Below, piece after piece: positions 13,348 through 25,661 of a stretch of 64,000 bases of DNA. A program made the position numbers and the translations under genes. The stretch comes from Paecilomyces variotii (Eukaryota), in assembly GCA_004022145.1 (NCBI GenBank), contig RCNU01000001.1; one strand, given 5' to 3'. The first letter of the stretch is position 1. Every line of letters starts with the position of its first letter. The notes beneath the pieces were generated by a model, which worked only from the letters and a program-made list of their open reading frames with translations, did not search any database and was not told the DNA's origin.

Positions 13348-14581
13348 GCTTTCTGTACTTTCCTCCAGCCTTCTGCATTTGGCACGCATCAAGTGCGCCA
13401 CCCGCCTATTTGCAGTTTGCAATCGGGTCCACAGGCGTAATGTTCTCTGTATTATAGTTCGCCAAATCTTGGGGGCAACTTCATCTACTACTTCGGTATA
13501 TCCACCGCCGGTTATCCTCGGTTCTTTGATACCGTCGTCTCATGTCTCTTCCCTCATGCATTTATTATTTGCCGATTTAATTTGTATACTACGGACCAGC
13601 ACATCGAGGAAAATAGACGAATGGGAATGCCGTATGAACACTACTTGGTTGTTTAAGCCTGCAAATTTACCATAACCCACTTCGAAGATCTGACGGATTG
13701 GCTCTGCATTTTGTCGAGAGCTTGGTTGGGCTTCTGAATCGCCATATGGGGTCAAGCACTATGCCGTCGCGTTCAACTGCACACTTGCTCTAGGTATTAA
13801 CTGGATGTAAAGAATCGCCTTCGTGGTCCAAGTATAGATAACTAAGCGTCCTCGACATGTGGTCACCCGCTCGGATTACTAAGCGTTAACTCTGTAACTA
13901 ACTAACTAGTTAATTACGCACAATTTGACTATGGTAGTTTAACTACGGAGTATTGGAATCTCTGTTATACTCTACTGGATCAAGTCCTCCCTTGTACTTC
14001 GGATTCCCATACATTTTAGCCTTGGAGCGCCGGTGTTGGGGTTCTAGGCCATCTAGCGGCAGAGTGGATCGAAATAGGGAGTCGGACATCATTATCAGAT
14101 AGCCTAAAAAGCTGTCAAAGCTACGGGCTGTCTTCTCCTTATCGCCAACGTCAGTCGAAATCCAGCGTTGTGTACCTGACGATCGCAGAAGACCTTATGA
14201 GCTCTCTACCGGTTCCAGGATTCTCCAACGTCGATAGACCAGCCAGTGTCCATCGCTAGCGCGCCATTCTGCGAGCCGACAATTTGGGTTCGGCCTCTCC
14301 GTGCTTCTAGGCTGAGGCAACACCTTACGACACGCACGACGCTTCAGATCAGAATCGAGAGGGTCTGGGCGTCTTTTTTTTTCCGCTCGCGACCAGGCGT
14401 TACGCCGGAGGTTTCTATCACTTTAGAGACCTTCAAGATCCCCCGGTCCTTGTTCGATTCTTCCCCGCATCTCGAGTCGATACCAAAAGCCATTCCTCGC
14501 TGCGCCCGCCACGGCGTACGGGACATCACCCACGCGACCCAAGGACCGCTTCACAGAGATCCAGGCATCATTCTCATAGTC

Positions 14582-17563
14582 ATGGAGGTTGCAAACCCCT
14601 CTTCAGATCAGTTTTTCAACGACCTATCTCAGGGTCTACCCGCCACCGATACGTACCAGTCGCAAACATCAGAGAACACCGGCGCAGCCCAGGGTGAAGG
14701 AGATGGGAACTCAGTCCCTCGTCCTAAGCGCATCGCATGTGTTGTTTGCAGGAAGAGAAAACTTAGATGCGATGGCAAGAAGCCTAGTTGTGGCACTTGC
14801 TCGAGATTAGGTCATGACTGCGCGTATGATGAGGTGCGCAAGAAGAGCGGCCCAAAGCGTGGATATGTGAAGCAGCTAGAAGCTCGTTTAGGTGGGTTGA
14901 ATTCCAGCGCTGGACTTCCGAAGAGAATGTTGCGGCTGATAACTCTTTACGATATAAAGCCCAGGTTGAGACGTTATTGAAGAGCCAGGATCCAGAGCCA
15001 CCACGGGCTTCTGCGCCGAATCCCCAGCAGAGCAGCACCTTCAATGACACATCGATACCAAGTGACCCGATGCCAGGGATGCCTGATATGTCTATGTTTT
15101 CGGATAACATCCCAAATTCGATGCCGTCGCTTGCTGGGACGTTCGGACAGACCCAGTCTGGCCCAACAGGTCTGGCGGGAGAAAACATGGGCTTCAATGG
15201 AGATTTCTCCTGGGAAATGATCAGTCTTGGCCTGGAGGAGCCGTTGCCTGCGCAAGACGTGATTGATGAGCTGTATGTGCTCCGCTGATTTATTTACTAT
15301 GGCGCTTGGCCCCTGGGGTATAGCTTCTAACGACAGAACCAACAGGCATCAAATCTACTTTGACAAGGTCCATCCCTCTTCACCAATTATACACCGACCG
15401 CGATATTTAGCTGCTATGAATCTAGCACCTCATACGCGGCCTCCAGTGTGCTTACGTTATATCATGTGGTGTCACGCCGCATCAGTATCGAGCAAATATT
15501 CTTTCTTGCAGGAGCATTTTTATCAGCGGGCGCGGAAGTACGCTGAAGCAGATGAAATGAAGGGCCAAGGAGAAGCGATAACGACTGTTGCTTATTCACA
15601 GGCATGGTCCCTGATTGCCGCATATGAATTCAAGATGCTATTCTTTCCTCGAGCGTGGGCAAGCGCTGGTAAGGCTTCCAGGTTGTCATTGATGACTGGC
15701 TTGCATCGCTTGGATGGAACTGGTCTCGACACGAAACAGTGCATAGGACCGCCTCGGGACTGGACAGAAAGAGAGGAAAGAAGGAGGGCGTTCTGGTTAG
15801 CATTCTGCCAAGACCGATATGCGAGTATCGGTACTGGATGGCCCATGATGCTGGACGAAAGAGATGTCAGTCACGCAAAGTCTTCTTCTATTTTTCTTTG
15901 TCAAAGGGGGTGGAGCTAACCATTTACTGCAGATTTTGACGAATCTTCCTGCTTCGGAGGACGCATATATCCACGGACGCCCAGAAAAGACACCCTCCCT
16001 TTCCGAGGTCGTCGCCGGCGAAGGTCTTGCGAACATGTCGCCATTTGCTGGTGTTATAGTGACGGCCTCTTTCTTTGGCCGTCACCTCATGCATTTGCAT
16101 CGTCCAGAGCCCAACGACAATGATCATGATCTTAATGGGGAATTTTGGAAGCGGCACAGAGCATACGATAACATCATCCTAAATACTGCCTTGTCACTAC
16201 CAGCCCATCTTCGGTTACCTGCTGGCATCAACGATCCGAACATCGTCTTCTGCAACATGTGTATCCATACATCAACGGTCTGCCTCCATCAGGCTGCCAT
16301 TTTCAAGGCAGACAAGAATCAGATGCCGAGCCAGATTGCAGCAGAAAGTAAACGAAGATGTATCATCGCTGCCGACCAGGTAGCAAGCATAATGAAGATG
16401 ATAAGCCATACTGATTTATCTACGGTAAGTTCTTTGAAGCCTGTGGTCTTTGGGGGCTTTTACTGATGATTCTTAGATGAATACCTTTATCTGCTTCCCC
16501 CTCTATGTTGCCTCCCGTGTCTTTGTGCAATATCTTAAATCGCGCCCCAACGATCAGACAGTTCGATCGACCCTGCACTTCCTGCTTTCAGCGCTCAATG
16601 CTATTAAGCATATGAATCCTTTGACGGAATCGTTCTTGATTCAACTCAAAGTCGACCTCGGTGGGACGATCATGGAGACACCTGATATAGCAGTTAAGAC
16701 GAGCTGTGGTATGAAGGGGAAGGTATGTATCACCTTGCTGGTTGAAGTTTCCGTTATCCATACGGCACATGTGCTGATTCCTTAAACTATAGTCAAACGC
16801 GTCAGGCAGTGCCGGAGGATGCTCGCCACTCGTGCCATTTGAGAACTCTCAGCAGTCCCAAAAGTCCGGGTCGACCGTCGAGAGCCCATTGTCAGGAGAG
16901 ACACTCCTAGATAATCCAGGATCATATGGTCAATCCGGAATTAACCCCTCGGCTATCCCTAATCGTCAAAAGCAACTTGGAATACAGCAGTTCAATACGA
17001 GTCTTGGCTTAAGTGGCATGGAACTTCCAGTCCGTCGGCAGGCTTCTGGGAATTCCAGTCCCAGTATGGAAACAATCGGTTACAGGATAAACGGGGATAT
17101 GGATGTCTCATCTGATATGAGCGTCAGTGACCGTAATCAGCCTTCTTCGGATCACCCCACTCCATCGACACAAAACTCGTCTTCGAATACCTCTTACGGG
17201 GTTTCGGGAGCTGATTATCCTTCGCCGCAAAAGCATCAGCGTTCGTCCACGACCGCTTCCAATATACATCCGAATTCGTCTGTTGACCCGTCTGTGAGAA
17301 ACATGGCGATGCCTTCGGACAATCAATCCTACCTCGCAGAGGTATCGTCGTCCGTTAATTACTTTGCTCCTGACGGCGGTAACGCCGGCGGTCTCACTGG
17401 ATCAGAGAATCCTTTCGCCATGCCCGCAGCTTGGGACTACCCCCTTAACCAAGGCTCTCCTGAAAACATAGAGGTTGTTGGGGGAATGTCAGGCATGACT
17501 CCTACAGAAAGCCAATGGACGCAAATGCTTGAAGGCGCGAGTTGGGAGAACTGGCGGACATGA
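14582..17563 (+). CDS. Zn(II)2Cys6 transcription factor with fungal-specific TF domain
   Basis: Six exons: 14582-14891, 14960-15272, 15346-15865, 15933-16424, 16477-16722, 16793-17563. ACVVCRKRKLRCDGKKPSCGTCSRLGHDC and EREERRRAFWLAFCQDR. Confidence 0.93.
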
Positions 17564-18619
17564 AAACGTATGCTGGTTTTATGAGCGGCGATCTTCTATC
17601 TGTATTTTCTGAAGCTGCAACCTAGGAGCTCGTTTGGTTTCTCCTCGATCCCGCATGGATCATCTCTATGGCTGCCGGGGTCTTGGCCTGGGTCAGTGAC
17701 ATCTCGGTGCAGTTATCAGCCAACCTAAGCCTAACCGTGGGCAGTCAGGCAATCACGCAGCTAAATCGACCGTATGGAGTGCATCTGAGGAATTTCTGGC
17801 TTCCGCGGAAGCAACAGCGGCACATAGAGGACCTAGTTCCTCGGGGATAGACAGGGTGGAAGTCCGTCCTTGTAGAGAAATCCTACGCTCCTACATGCAA
17901 TGCGAGACCCACAGGCCAGCGAGAATAGCCTCGCTTTTCGCCTTGGAGACATTCATCAGCCTCGTTAGTGCCGTCATCAAAAGGCGATATCTACGTTTGA
18001 TGGACCGGTAATCTCTGGCAGATTAAATTCCTGCGTAGACCGCCGGCTCCCAATGCCACATATTGGTGTTACGAATGACGTCCTGGAAATTTCAATCTGT
18101 GCTCTTTCTTTCTTTTTGTTTTCCATTTGGAGAGCTTCCTTTCTTCTTTTTGGGTGCGTTTTCCGAAACAATTGCGCAGTGCAATACTTGGACTTTGACT
18201 GGGAGTTGAGAAGTACAAGATACTCTCGAACACGGAGTTTTCGGTATCCTTGCCAATTCTTTTGGGGTTTATTGACTATTGCGGAGAACTGGGGCTTATG
18301 GTTCTTATCTCAGGATTACAATGTGGAGATAGTGCTTTATGGTCAAATTATATGGAAATGGGTCATTGGACCAGAGTAATGGCGTGGCTGTATGGTTATC
18401 TCCAGTACTCACTCCTCTCCATGGTTATTCTGTCTATCTATGTGGCGTCTATTTCCATTAATTTAACCTCGATTACGAACAAAGGCAAATAACCACCAGT
18501 GTCTAGTCGAGAAAGCCATCTCTGGTATCGAGATGTGAATTCCATTCTTCAGGTGTCATTTTCATAGCTGCTTCCAAAAAACCCAAGAATCGTAGGTAAT
18601 GATTGTAGTAATGATAACC

Positions 18620-19912
18620 TCACAAACTTCCCCCGCCCGCTCCTACAATCTTCAACCCACCGGCGGCATTTCCCGGCCCATCAGCTGTTGTCGAGTATGC
18701 CAACCAATACCTCGACGGATGCCACGCCACCGCAGGGACTCCAACATTATTACCCTGACCAGTAGAAACAGTAAAGACGCTTTCACCCGTCTCTGCATGG
18801 AAGATCTCCAGTCCATTACCTCCGCAGCCGGCCTCGTCACAGGCCCCACAGATGAATCGTCCGTCGAAACTCCAGCTGACGCCACGAACGGCACCGCCGT
18901 TGTTACTCGATACGGTCCGTCGGCAGATCCAGTCCGTTGTATCCCAGAGGGAAATGAGGGCGTCGCTGCCTCCGATAGCAAGGTAGCGGCTTGTTGGCGA
19001 TAGGGCTAGAGAGAGACATGCGGATGTGTGAGCGTGGAGGGTATGGAGGATATCGAAAGAAGGGTAAGAAAGGATCTTGACAGTGCCGTCGCCAGTCGTG
19101 AGAAGGAGGTCGAGATCGGGCGAAGATGGGGTAGGGATATGGTGGGAGAAGGTGGTAGCGTTTGTCTGGATAGGTTGGGGGTGCGGTTCAAGAGCTGTGT
19201 ATGTGAATGATTTCGAGTTATTCGTGGCTGGAGAAGCGCCGGAAGAGTTCCCATTGGCGACGATAGATGGGGTCGATGGGGATTCGATAGAGATGGGAAT
19301 TAGAGTATCGTCCTATAATATGAAGCTATTGTTAGATGCCTTTTCTTTTACCATTGACCCATTGAAGAGGTCCTATGAGAAAGATGGCACAGCTCGAGCT
19401 TAGGGGATCTCAAACACACCTTTCTTCCAACGAGGACGACCTTTCCATCCGCAGACCACGACAGTGTGAATGCCTCTCCACCGACATCGAGACGGCTCAC
19501 GCACGTCTTCGATCGTACATCCCAAAATCTCACAGTGCCATCACTGGAGCAGCTGGCAAGTTCAGAATCTCGAACCGGGTTGAAGAGCACTTTCTCGATG
19601 CCTGCGGAATGGCCGCGCAAGTCAGTCGAGTATTTCACATGAGGTCGCTCTGGGTTCCAGATTCGGAGTGTACGATCCGCAGAGCCCGTCGCAACTAATT
19701 GGCCTGTTGGATTCCAGGCAATGGTTCGGATACTGGAAAAGCAAGAAGAACAAGTTAGCAAGCGCGTTTCTTTCCTCAGCTGGGACGGTCAGATCGTACG
19801 TATGGGAGCCTGGTCCTCGCGCAGCAGGATCATGGTAGCTTTGAGTCTTTAGTGTCCCAAATGCATATGCGAAGCGATCCTTAGAGACTAAACGACGGGG
19901 CGGAGGAGCCAT
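18620..19912 (-). CDS. WD40 protein, THO complex subunit 3 (Tex1-like)
   Basis: Exons 19912-19800, 19732-19420, 19312-18620. IRTIAWNPTG..GSADRTLRIWN, SSDGTVRFWD, GGSDALISLWD, VAWHPSRYWLAYS. Confidence 0.8.
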
Positions 19913-20801
19913 CGCGAACGGGGGACTATCCTGATGCTGCTGCTGCTCTTGCGATTGCGGCAGCAACGCTAGCCCACATTCATGCCCGTGTAAGCCGTCG
20001 GCGGCACAATCGAGGGACGACTCTGGAAATTCGGCCTGCGAGGTTACCCAAAAGCTAGCGTCATGCGCAACTGGATCGACAATGGGAAGTTTCGCGGTGC
20101 GCTGGGTTGATTCCTGTCCGCGGATATTGTCGACGGTGCCGCGCGAGGATGGAGGATCGGCGGGAGCTGTGTCTGCCTCAGGCATCACGTTGTTTTTGGG
20201 TCGCTTCACGTATCTAACTGGATAAACAACATATGGAAAAGTAACATAGGTTTGATTTTTGAGGCAACAGCATATAAATGAGGTAACTGTCGGGGAGCAT
20301 CGTATCTCGAGCATTGCAGGGAGAGAGAAACCGGTAAAAGAGGGATATAGATGTTTGACCCCGGATACACACATCATGCCTTTGATGAAGACAACAATGA
20401 GAGCAATCTGTGGGCATTATATCTGCGAATGGTCTGATTGAAGGAATAATCTCCGGTGCTGAGATGGCTGAGGAAAAATGAAATGAAAGTATTTACTGTA
20501 AGGAGATCTATAGCTCGCTTCCCAAATGTACCAATATGTCTCCTTACCATGAAAATGTGATTCTAGGTACTAGGGGATCTATGGCACTCTCCGCTTACGA
20601 CACCTTTACCGTTCCTTACTCTATAGCTATTAATCTAGAAACTGAAAAGTCATTATGGATATATTGGAGCTCAACTTTTTATGAGACACCTCTAGTTCAT
20701 GGACCAGGATAGTCTATAGAGGGTATGACGCCAAGTCTATATGAAATCGTTGCTGGACAAAACCAGTTCCGATACCCGTCTTCTGTGCATCTTGGAAAAC
20801 A

Positions 20802-22643
20802 TCACAATACATACCGAAAAAAGGGGTTCTCCTTGTCGGTCAAGTCATGGAAGGCAATGCGGTCCCGGCTATTTTCGTCGACGTCTAAACTCTCTTTTTG
20901 CTTGTTTGCTCTCCACAGCACAAAATACAGGGTGATTGCGGCAATAACAGTGATAACGTAGCTATATTCAGATATTAGTCTATATGTGTCATTCTAATTG
21001 GTATTGCAGACTCACCAGATGATAAGCCCTATCCAGAGCTCAGGATAGTGACGGTCCTTAGTTTTGCTATTGATCAACTGTGGCCCGATGATATTGCCAA
21101 CGTTGTAGAAGACAAATATGCCTGCCGCCATAAAGCTTTTCTTCGTGGCCCCTGCCACATTGCTTGCTCCCAGAGTGATGATTAGACTCACGACAGGCCC
21201 AAAAAAGCCGATTATTGAGTACCCAACAACTGGAGCAGCTGGGCGGTGACCCCATTCTGATTTCCAGATGATTATACACCCGGCAATTACAGGAAGACAG
21301 CAGGCAACCAGGAAGATAATACGTAGATTATGCACCCGGGAGCATAACCATCCGGCAAGACAAACGAATATGGCGGTAATTCCGCCAAGTGGAAATTGGA
21401 ACAGGATGGCATCCAAGGTATTGTAGCCAAACGTAGAGACAATCAGTGGTCCGAAACCAGAGACTGCGCCATTGATGGTGTAACTGTACTCTTTGTTATT
21501 ATAAATTGATGCCTGAACTGAAAGTAGTGACTCACGCGGCACCCATCATTATGCAAATAAGCCAAACTTTGATATCCAAAAGGGCTTCTTTGACCTGGCC
21601 AAGTTTGATTTTCTGTTCACGAGTCCCTGTTTGACCCTTTCTTAGTCGCTCAACGGCTACAAGCCGCTCGTCCTTCGTCAGAAACCAGGCAGAGATAGGC
21701 GAATTCGGCAAGCAAAAGCACCAAAGACTGAATACTGCTGTCAGGCATCCTGCAAATATATAGATATACTGCCAGCGCTTCAGCGAGCCACTCGTTATCT
21801 GACCGAAGCCATAATTCAGAGCACCACCGATAATCGTGAACCAGCCGGTTGACGAGAACCAAAACGCCTGGCGTAATGCTTGCTCTTCTTGCGTATAGAA
21901 GTTGCTGACTATGGTCATGAATCCAGTAGGGATGACACTCTCCACAAATCCTTGGATGCATCAGTGCCTATCATCTGAAAAGCTCCCCACCTCTCAGAAT
22001 AAACTAACCGAGAAAGAACCGTTGCGCAAACAATCCGTGCCAGGTAGTGACACCGGCGGTAGAAGCACAGATAATAGCCCACAGAAAGACTAGCGGTCCC
22101 AGGACTCGAGCCAAAGTGAAGCGCTGCAGGATGAACGTCATGGGATAGGAGCCCGCTAGCATGCCGAAATAGAAGATGGATGTCGCCCAGCTGAGCCTTG
22201 ATGTGTCTGTTGTCGGCGGCTTAGTGCTGTAATCAACATAGCTTAACGCAAGATCTTGGGGCATGCCAAATAAAGCAGCACTTCCAAGAATAGCCTACAA
22301 ATGTCAGTATTTTGGCATTGAAAAACCTCATGGGGCCTCCAAGGAGTCTACTTTGTCATAGTACACCAACCCGTAGCCTGTGTCTTCATTAGTAAGTTGT
22401 CTTCAATAGACAGCCTTAAATGAATCTCGTACCAATTAGCATAGCGGGCATGAAAAAGTAATCGATCTTTCTTAGAACGCGAGCTTCGACAACCGGATCA
22501 ATTGGCTTCGCGGTCTCTCCGACCACCGATAAAATGGTACCTGTAGCCCATGATGCGGTGTCTTGTGGGGAATCGACCTCAGTACCCCGGATATTATTTT
22601 CAGGCTTATCTTTCCCGTGCTCGTCAATAGGAAGGATACTCAT
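20802..22643 (-). CDS. MFS anion:cation symporter, allantoate permease (Dal5) family
   Basis: Multi-exon. VLRKIDYFFMP, YYDKAILG, QRFFLGFVES, FYTQEEQALRQ, SNVAGATKK, GNIIGPQ and terminal DLTDKENPFFRYVL* (stop 20804-20802). Confidence 0.9.
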
Positions 22644-22739
22644 GACTGTGCGGGGATCAAAGGGTTATCAGATAGAGGAATGCCAGATAGAGGAGGCTGT
22701 AGCTGTATATAATAGCCACCTATACACCCTGGCCAAGAC

Positions 22740-22767
22740 AAAAAAAAAAAAAAAAAAAAAAAAAAAA
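22740..22767. repeat. Poly(dA) tract, 28 nt, ~100 bp upstream of the permease ATG
   Basis: Seen directly. Confidence 0.95.
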
Positions 22768-23036
22768 CAGATTTATGCTATCCACGATACATGCCTAGGA
22801 ACAGACTGAGCCGGAGATTCAGAGCTTCTAGCGCTTCGCCATGGTCGCAATATATTTACTATATGTTGCCAAAAAGGCTGGTTTTTGCTTGGCGAAACTC
22901 TCCAATTGGCTACGTCCTCGTATAAAGATCAAGAAATTGCCGGCACAATCAAATTGGCGTAATAAAAAGACCAGGAGACTGGATCCTCATATAAGCGAGG
23001 GGTACATTTTTCAGTTCCGGTATCGGATTGAGCCGC

Positions 23037-23267
23037 TGTCACGATCTAGGACTACGATAAGTAAGTACCGGTATCCCGGGCTAGGCCAAGCCAATCCAAG
23101 GATCGGGAACTACGAACGACTAAATATACGTGTAATAGTTAGATCAGCTAGTCACACGATATAGCCGTCAGAACTAGGTCATTCTAATGACCTAGTAGAG
23201 GATTGAACAGATACATTAGACTCCCAATGAATAGGAAGTCAGACGGATCAGACTACTGAACCTGACC
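23037..23267 (+). mobile_element. Probable 5' LTR of a Ty3/gypsy-type element
   Basis: Begins TGTCACG, ends ..CCTGACC followed by TTTGA. Contains an 11-bp inverted repeat ACTAGGTCATT-ct-AATGACCTAGT (23173-23196) and lies directly upstream of a gag ORF. No second copy seen. Confidence 0.55.
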
Positions 23268-23415
23268 TTTGACTCTACTGCCAGTAGACAACTACTCGTT
23301 GGCGACTTGACTCCTTCTCTCGTCCTCTGTTTTGACTAGTTCGACTAGTCACCCCCAAGAGCTTCCCTTATCCTAGCTCTTTACACTGGATGCTCATCAC
23401 CGGTGGTGCCGCTAT

Positions 23416-24117
23416 ATGGATCAATACTTTACCCATAATGCCAATACGTTTCAGACCGAAGCGAGCAAAATAAACTACGCAGCTGCTTTGCTCGAAGACG
23501 AACACGGGATAGCATGGAGTCACGGACCCCCTATTTCGGCTACGACTTCATGGCAAGGTTTCCAGCAATGGCGACTGGATCGCCTGGAGGATCTAAGATA
23601 TCGACCTTGGACCGCATCAGTACGATTCTTTCGACTGAAGCAACAGCAATCACAGACTGCTCGGGAGTTTCTCAACGAATTCGAGCTTCGTAGAGCCGAA
23701 TTCAGCATCGAAAGCAAACCTTCGCCGGATATTCCCATCTGGAGCCGGATATTCTTCTCAATGTTACGAGAAGACGTACGAAGTCAGCTGTACAAGTGCG
23801 GAGAAATCCCGACGGACCTACTACAGTTAGCTTCTAAAGCCACTGTAGTAGAGCAGAATCCAGAAAGATCTGTCAAGTCCCGCTTAAAGGATTTTAAGAA
23901 GAAGAAACGATTCCATTCAGCAACAAATAAGCGGAAGAGGGAGTCGTCTAAATCAAACTCCTCCAAACCCCAGACGGAGTCAAAACCTAGGAAGTTTATG
24001 TCCCACGAAGAAAAGAATCAGTTTAAAAAGGAAGGGCGATGCTTTAACTGCAGAGAAATCGGATATATTAGCAGTCAATGTTCAGAAAAAACTTCCGAAA
24101 CCACTTTCGCCCGTTAG
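23416..24117 (+). mobile_element. Retrotransposon Gag-like ORF (capsid-like region plus degenerate zinc knuckle); pol absent
   Basis: 233 aa, intronless. KINYAAALL..W..WQGFQQW..LKQQQSQTAREFLNEF resembles Retrotrans_gag. C-terminal EGRCFNCREIGYISSQC is a CX2CX4HX4C knuckle with H>Y. Confidence 0.8.
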
Positions 24118-25661
24118 GTTGGCACATTATTATTGATGGTATCCCCATCACGAAGTCCGTTGTGGGCATGCACTACTCTATTCCTCATCGCTATTCCTGC
24201 CTTGAGATATTTAACTCCGCTCAGCCTTCTAATCAGCGAGTTCGTTATTAAAATACATCTTCCAGTCAGATTATACATAAGCCTGCATTTGCCCGAAAAG
24301 TGAAATGATCACAAGATTTAACTTGGGACTTCAATGAAGTTCATTTTTTGAGAATTAATATGGTGAAGATGGGCACAGGAAAGAAGACAGAGAACATCAT
24401 TTCGGGTTTTCTTCATAGACGACCCCTCATTGCAATATTAGCCATGGTAGGGAAATCATATCTCGTCCCAATTTCGAATTCGACTTCGATTTCTCGTATA
24501 TACTTTAGAGAATATGGACTGGGATAGAGAAATCATGACTATCCATGGCCTGTCTTAGCCCACTAATGAAACGCAAGTTGATTCAGGGGCCTGTACTTAT
24601 TTATATTATTAGACCATGAAAATACTAGAGGAAATATTTGAGAGAATCAAAAATAGCAGGTTTAAACAACCCTCCAGCTAAGGCTAGAGAAGCATTACTA
24701 AAGAAAGCAACATAAGATCAGGTCGGGTAGCGTTCTACGGGAAATGGCAGATGCCTGTGGCAAGTCCTACCAGCGGACAGCAAGACGGAATGTATGTAAG
24801 CTACCAACCACGAGCGTGGGATGGTCTCTAGGAAGGGAATAGCAAATAACTGTAAGAACCATGGCCGGTACCTTCGCGTAAAATGACAAGTACGCCATAA
24901 AGACAATTTGTCGCACAGACAGATTATTCTAATACCCAAACAGAGACTCTGTGTAGTGTAGGAGTGTCGAGGCTACTGGTGCAGGCATCCAGAGATATCT
25001 TTTCATTAAACCTTTCTTACACTGACAATTTATGCATGAGCAGTCTCCCTAAGTATCCCCTGTTGAATGTAACGTACATAAGATTGCGTTCACATATACT
25101 TCAGCAGGAGTTGCACACGCGTGTCTTGAATCATATCGAAATGTGGATCGGTGCTGAGGCCACGCAGTGTGATCCTTTCGTGGACAGGCCTTCAGCATTG
25201 CACTAGGTAGATAAGAAGTTTCCCAGAATGCGGAGAAGCAGATCGAAATAGAGGAGTACAACCGAACCGTGGAAAATCAGCTATGAATATCGGGATTTGA
25301 TTTTAGCCTGCCGATTACATGACTATCAGGTACCTGTAGAAGTTGCAATCAATGAGCCATTCCAACGTAATTATTAGATGGACATGGACTTAAAAAACGG
25401 TCCGAGTCCCTCTGCTCTTCTTTGTAGTCCCCTTGGGTGGCCACTCCAGTAGAAGGGCGAGTGTAAGAATGCCCGCCGATATCACTTCAGCCTTATGGGG
25501 CTGCGCGACTTGATCCGGCAGCTCCCGTCTCCGCATTTTTGAGCTTATCCGCACTTCACGCGTACGGCGCAACAAGTAAGAATTTTCGTCACGACGCTGA
25601 AGACACGATCCCTTTGACGGTCACGGTGTCTTTCGCGCGTCAATGTGCGCGGGCTGCGACC

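Noticed and set aside
19913..20377. 155-codon in-frame extension upstream of the THO subunit ATG
   Set aside because: It overlaps promoter-like sequence including the TGCCTCAGGCA motif, and the family-like sequence begins at MAPPPRR.
14582..22643. Zn2Cys6 factor plus MFS permease as a possible metabolite cluster
   Set aside because: No backbone or tailoring enzymes, and a housekeeping THO gene lies between them.
24160..25380. Short ORFs downstream of gag as possible pol or pseudogene remains
   Set aside because: No RT (YxDD), RNase H or integrase motifs and no second LTR recognisable by eye.
25392..25545. GC-rich segment upstream of RPP40 with AGTCCCC..GGGGCT (like RNase MRP P4 halves), ATTTTTG (Sm-like) and a T6 run on the minus strand
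   Set aside because: The two halves are only ~65 nt apart, and other MRP, snRNA or tRNA landmarks are missing. It needs an Infernal/Rfam hit before any call.
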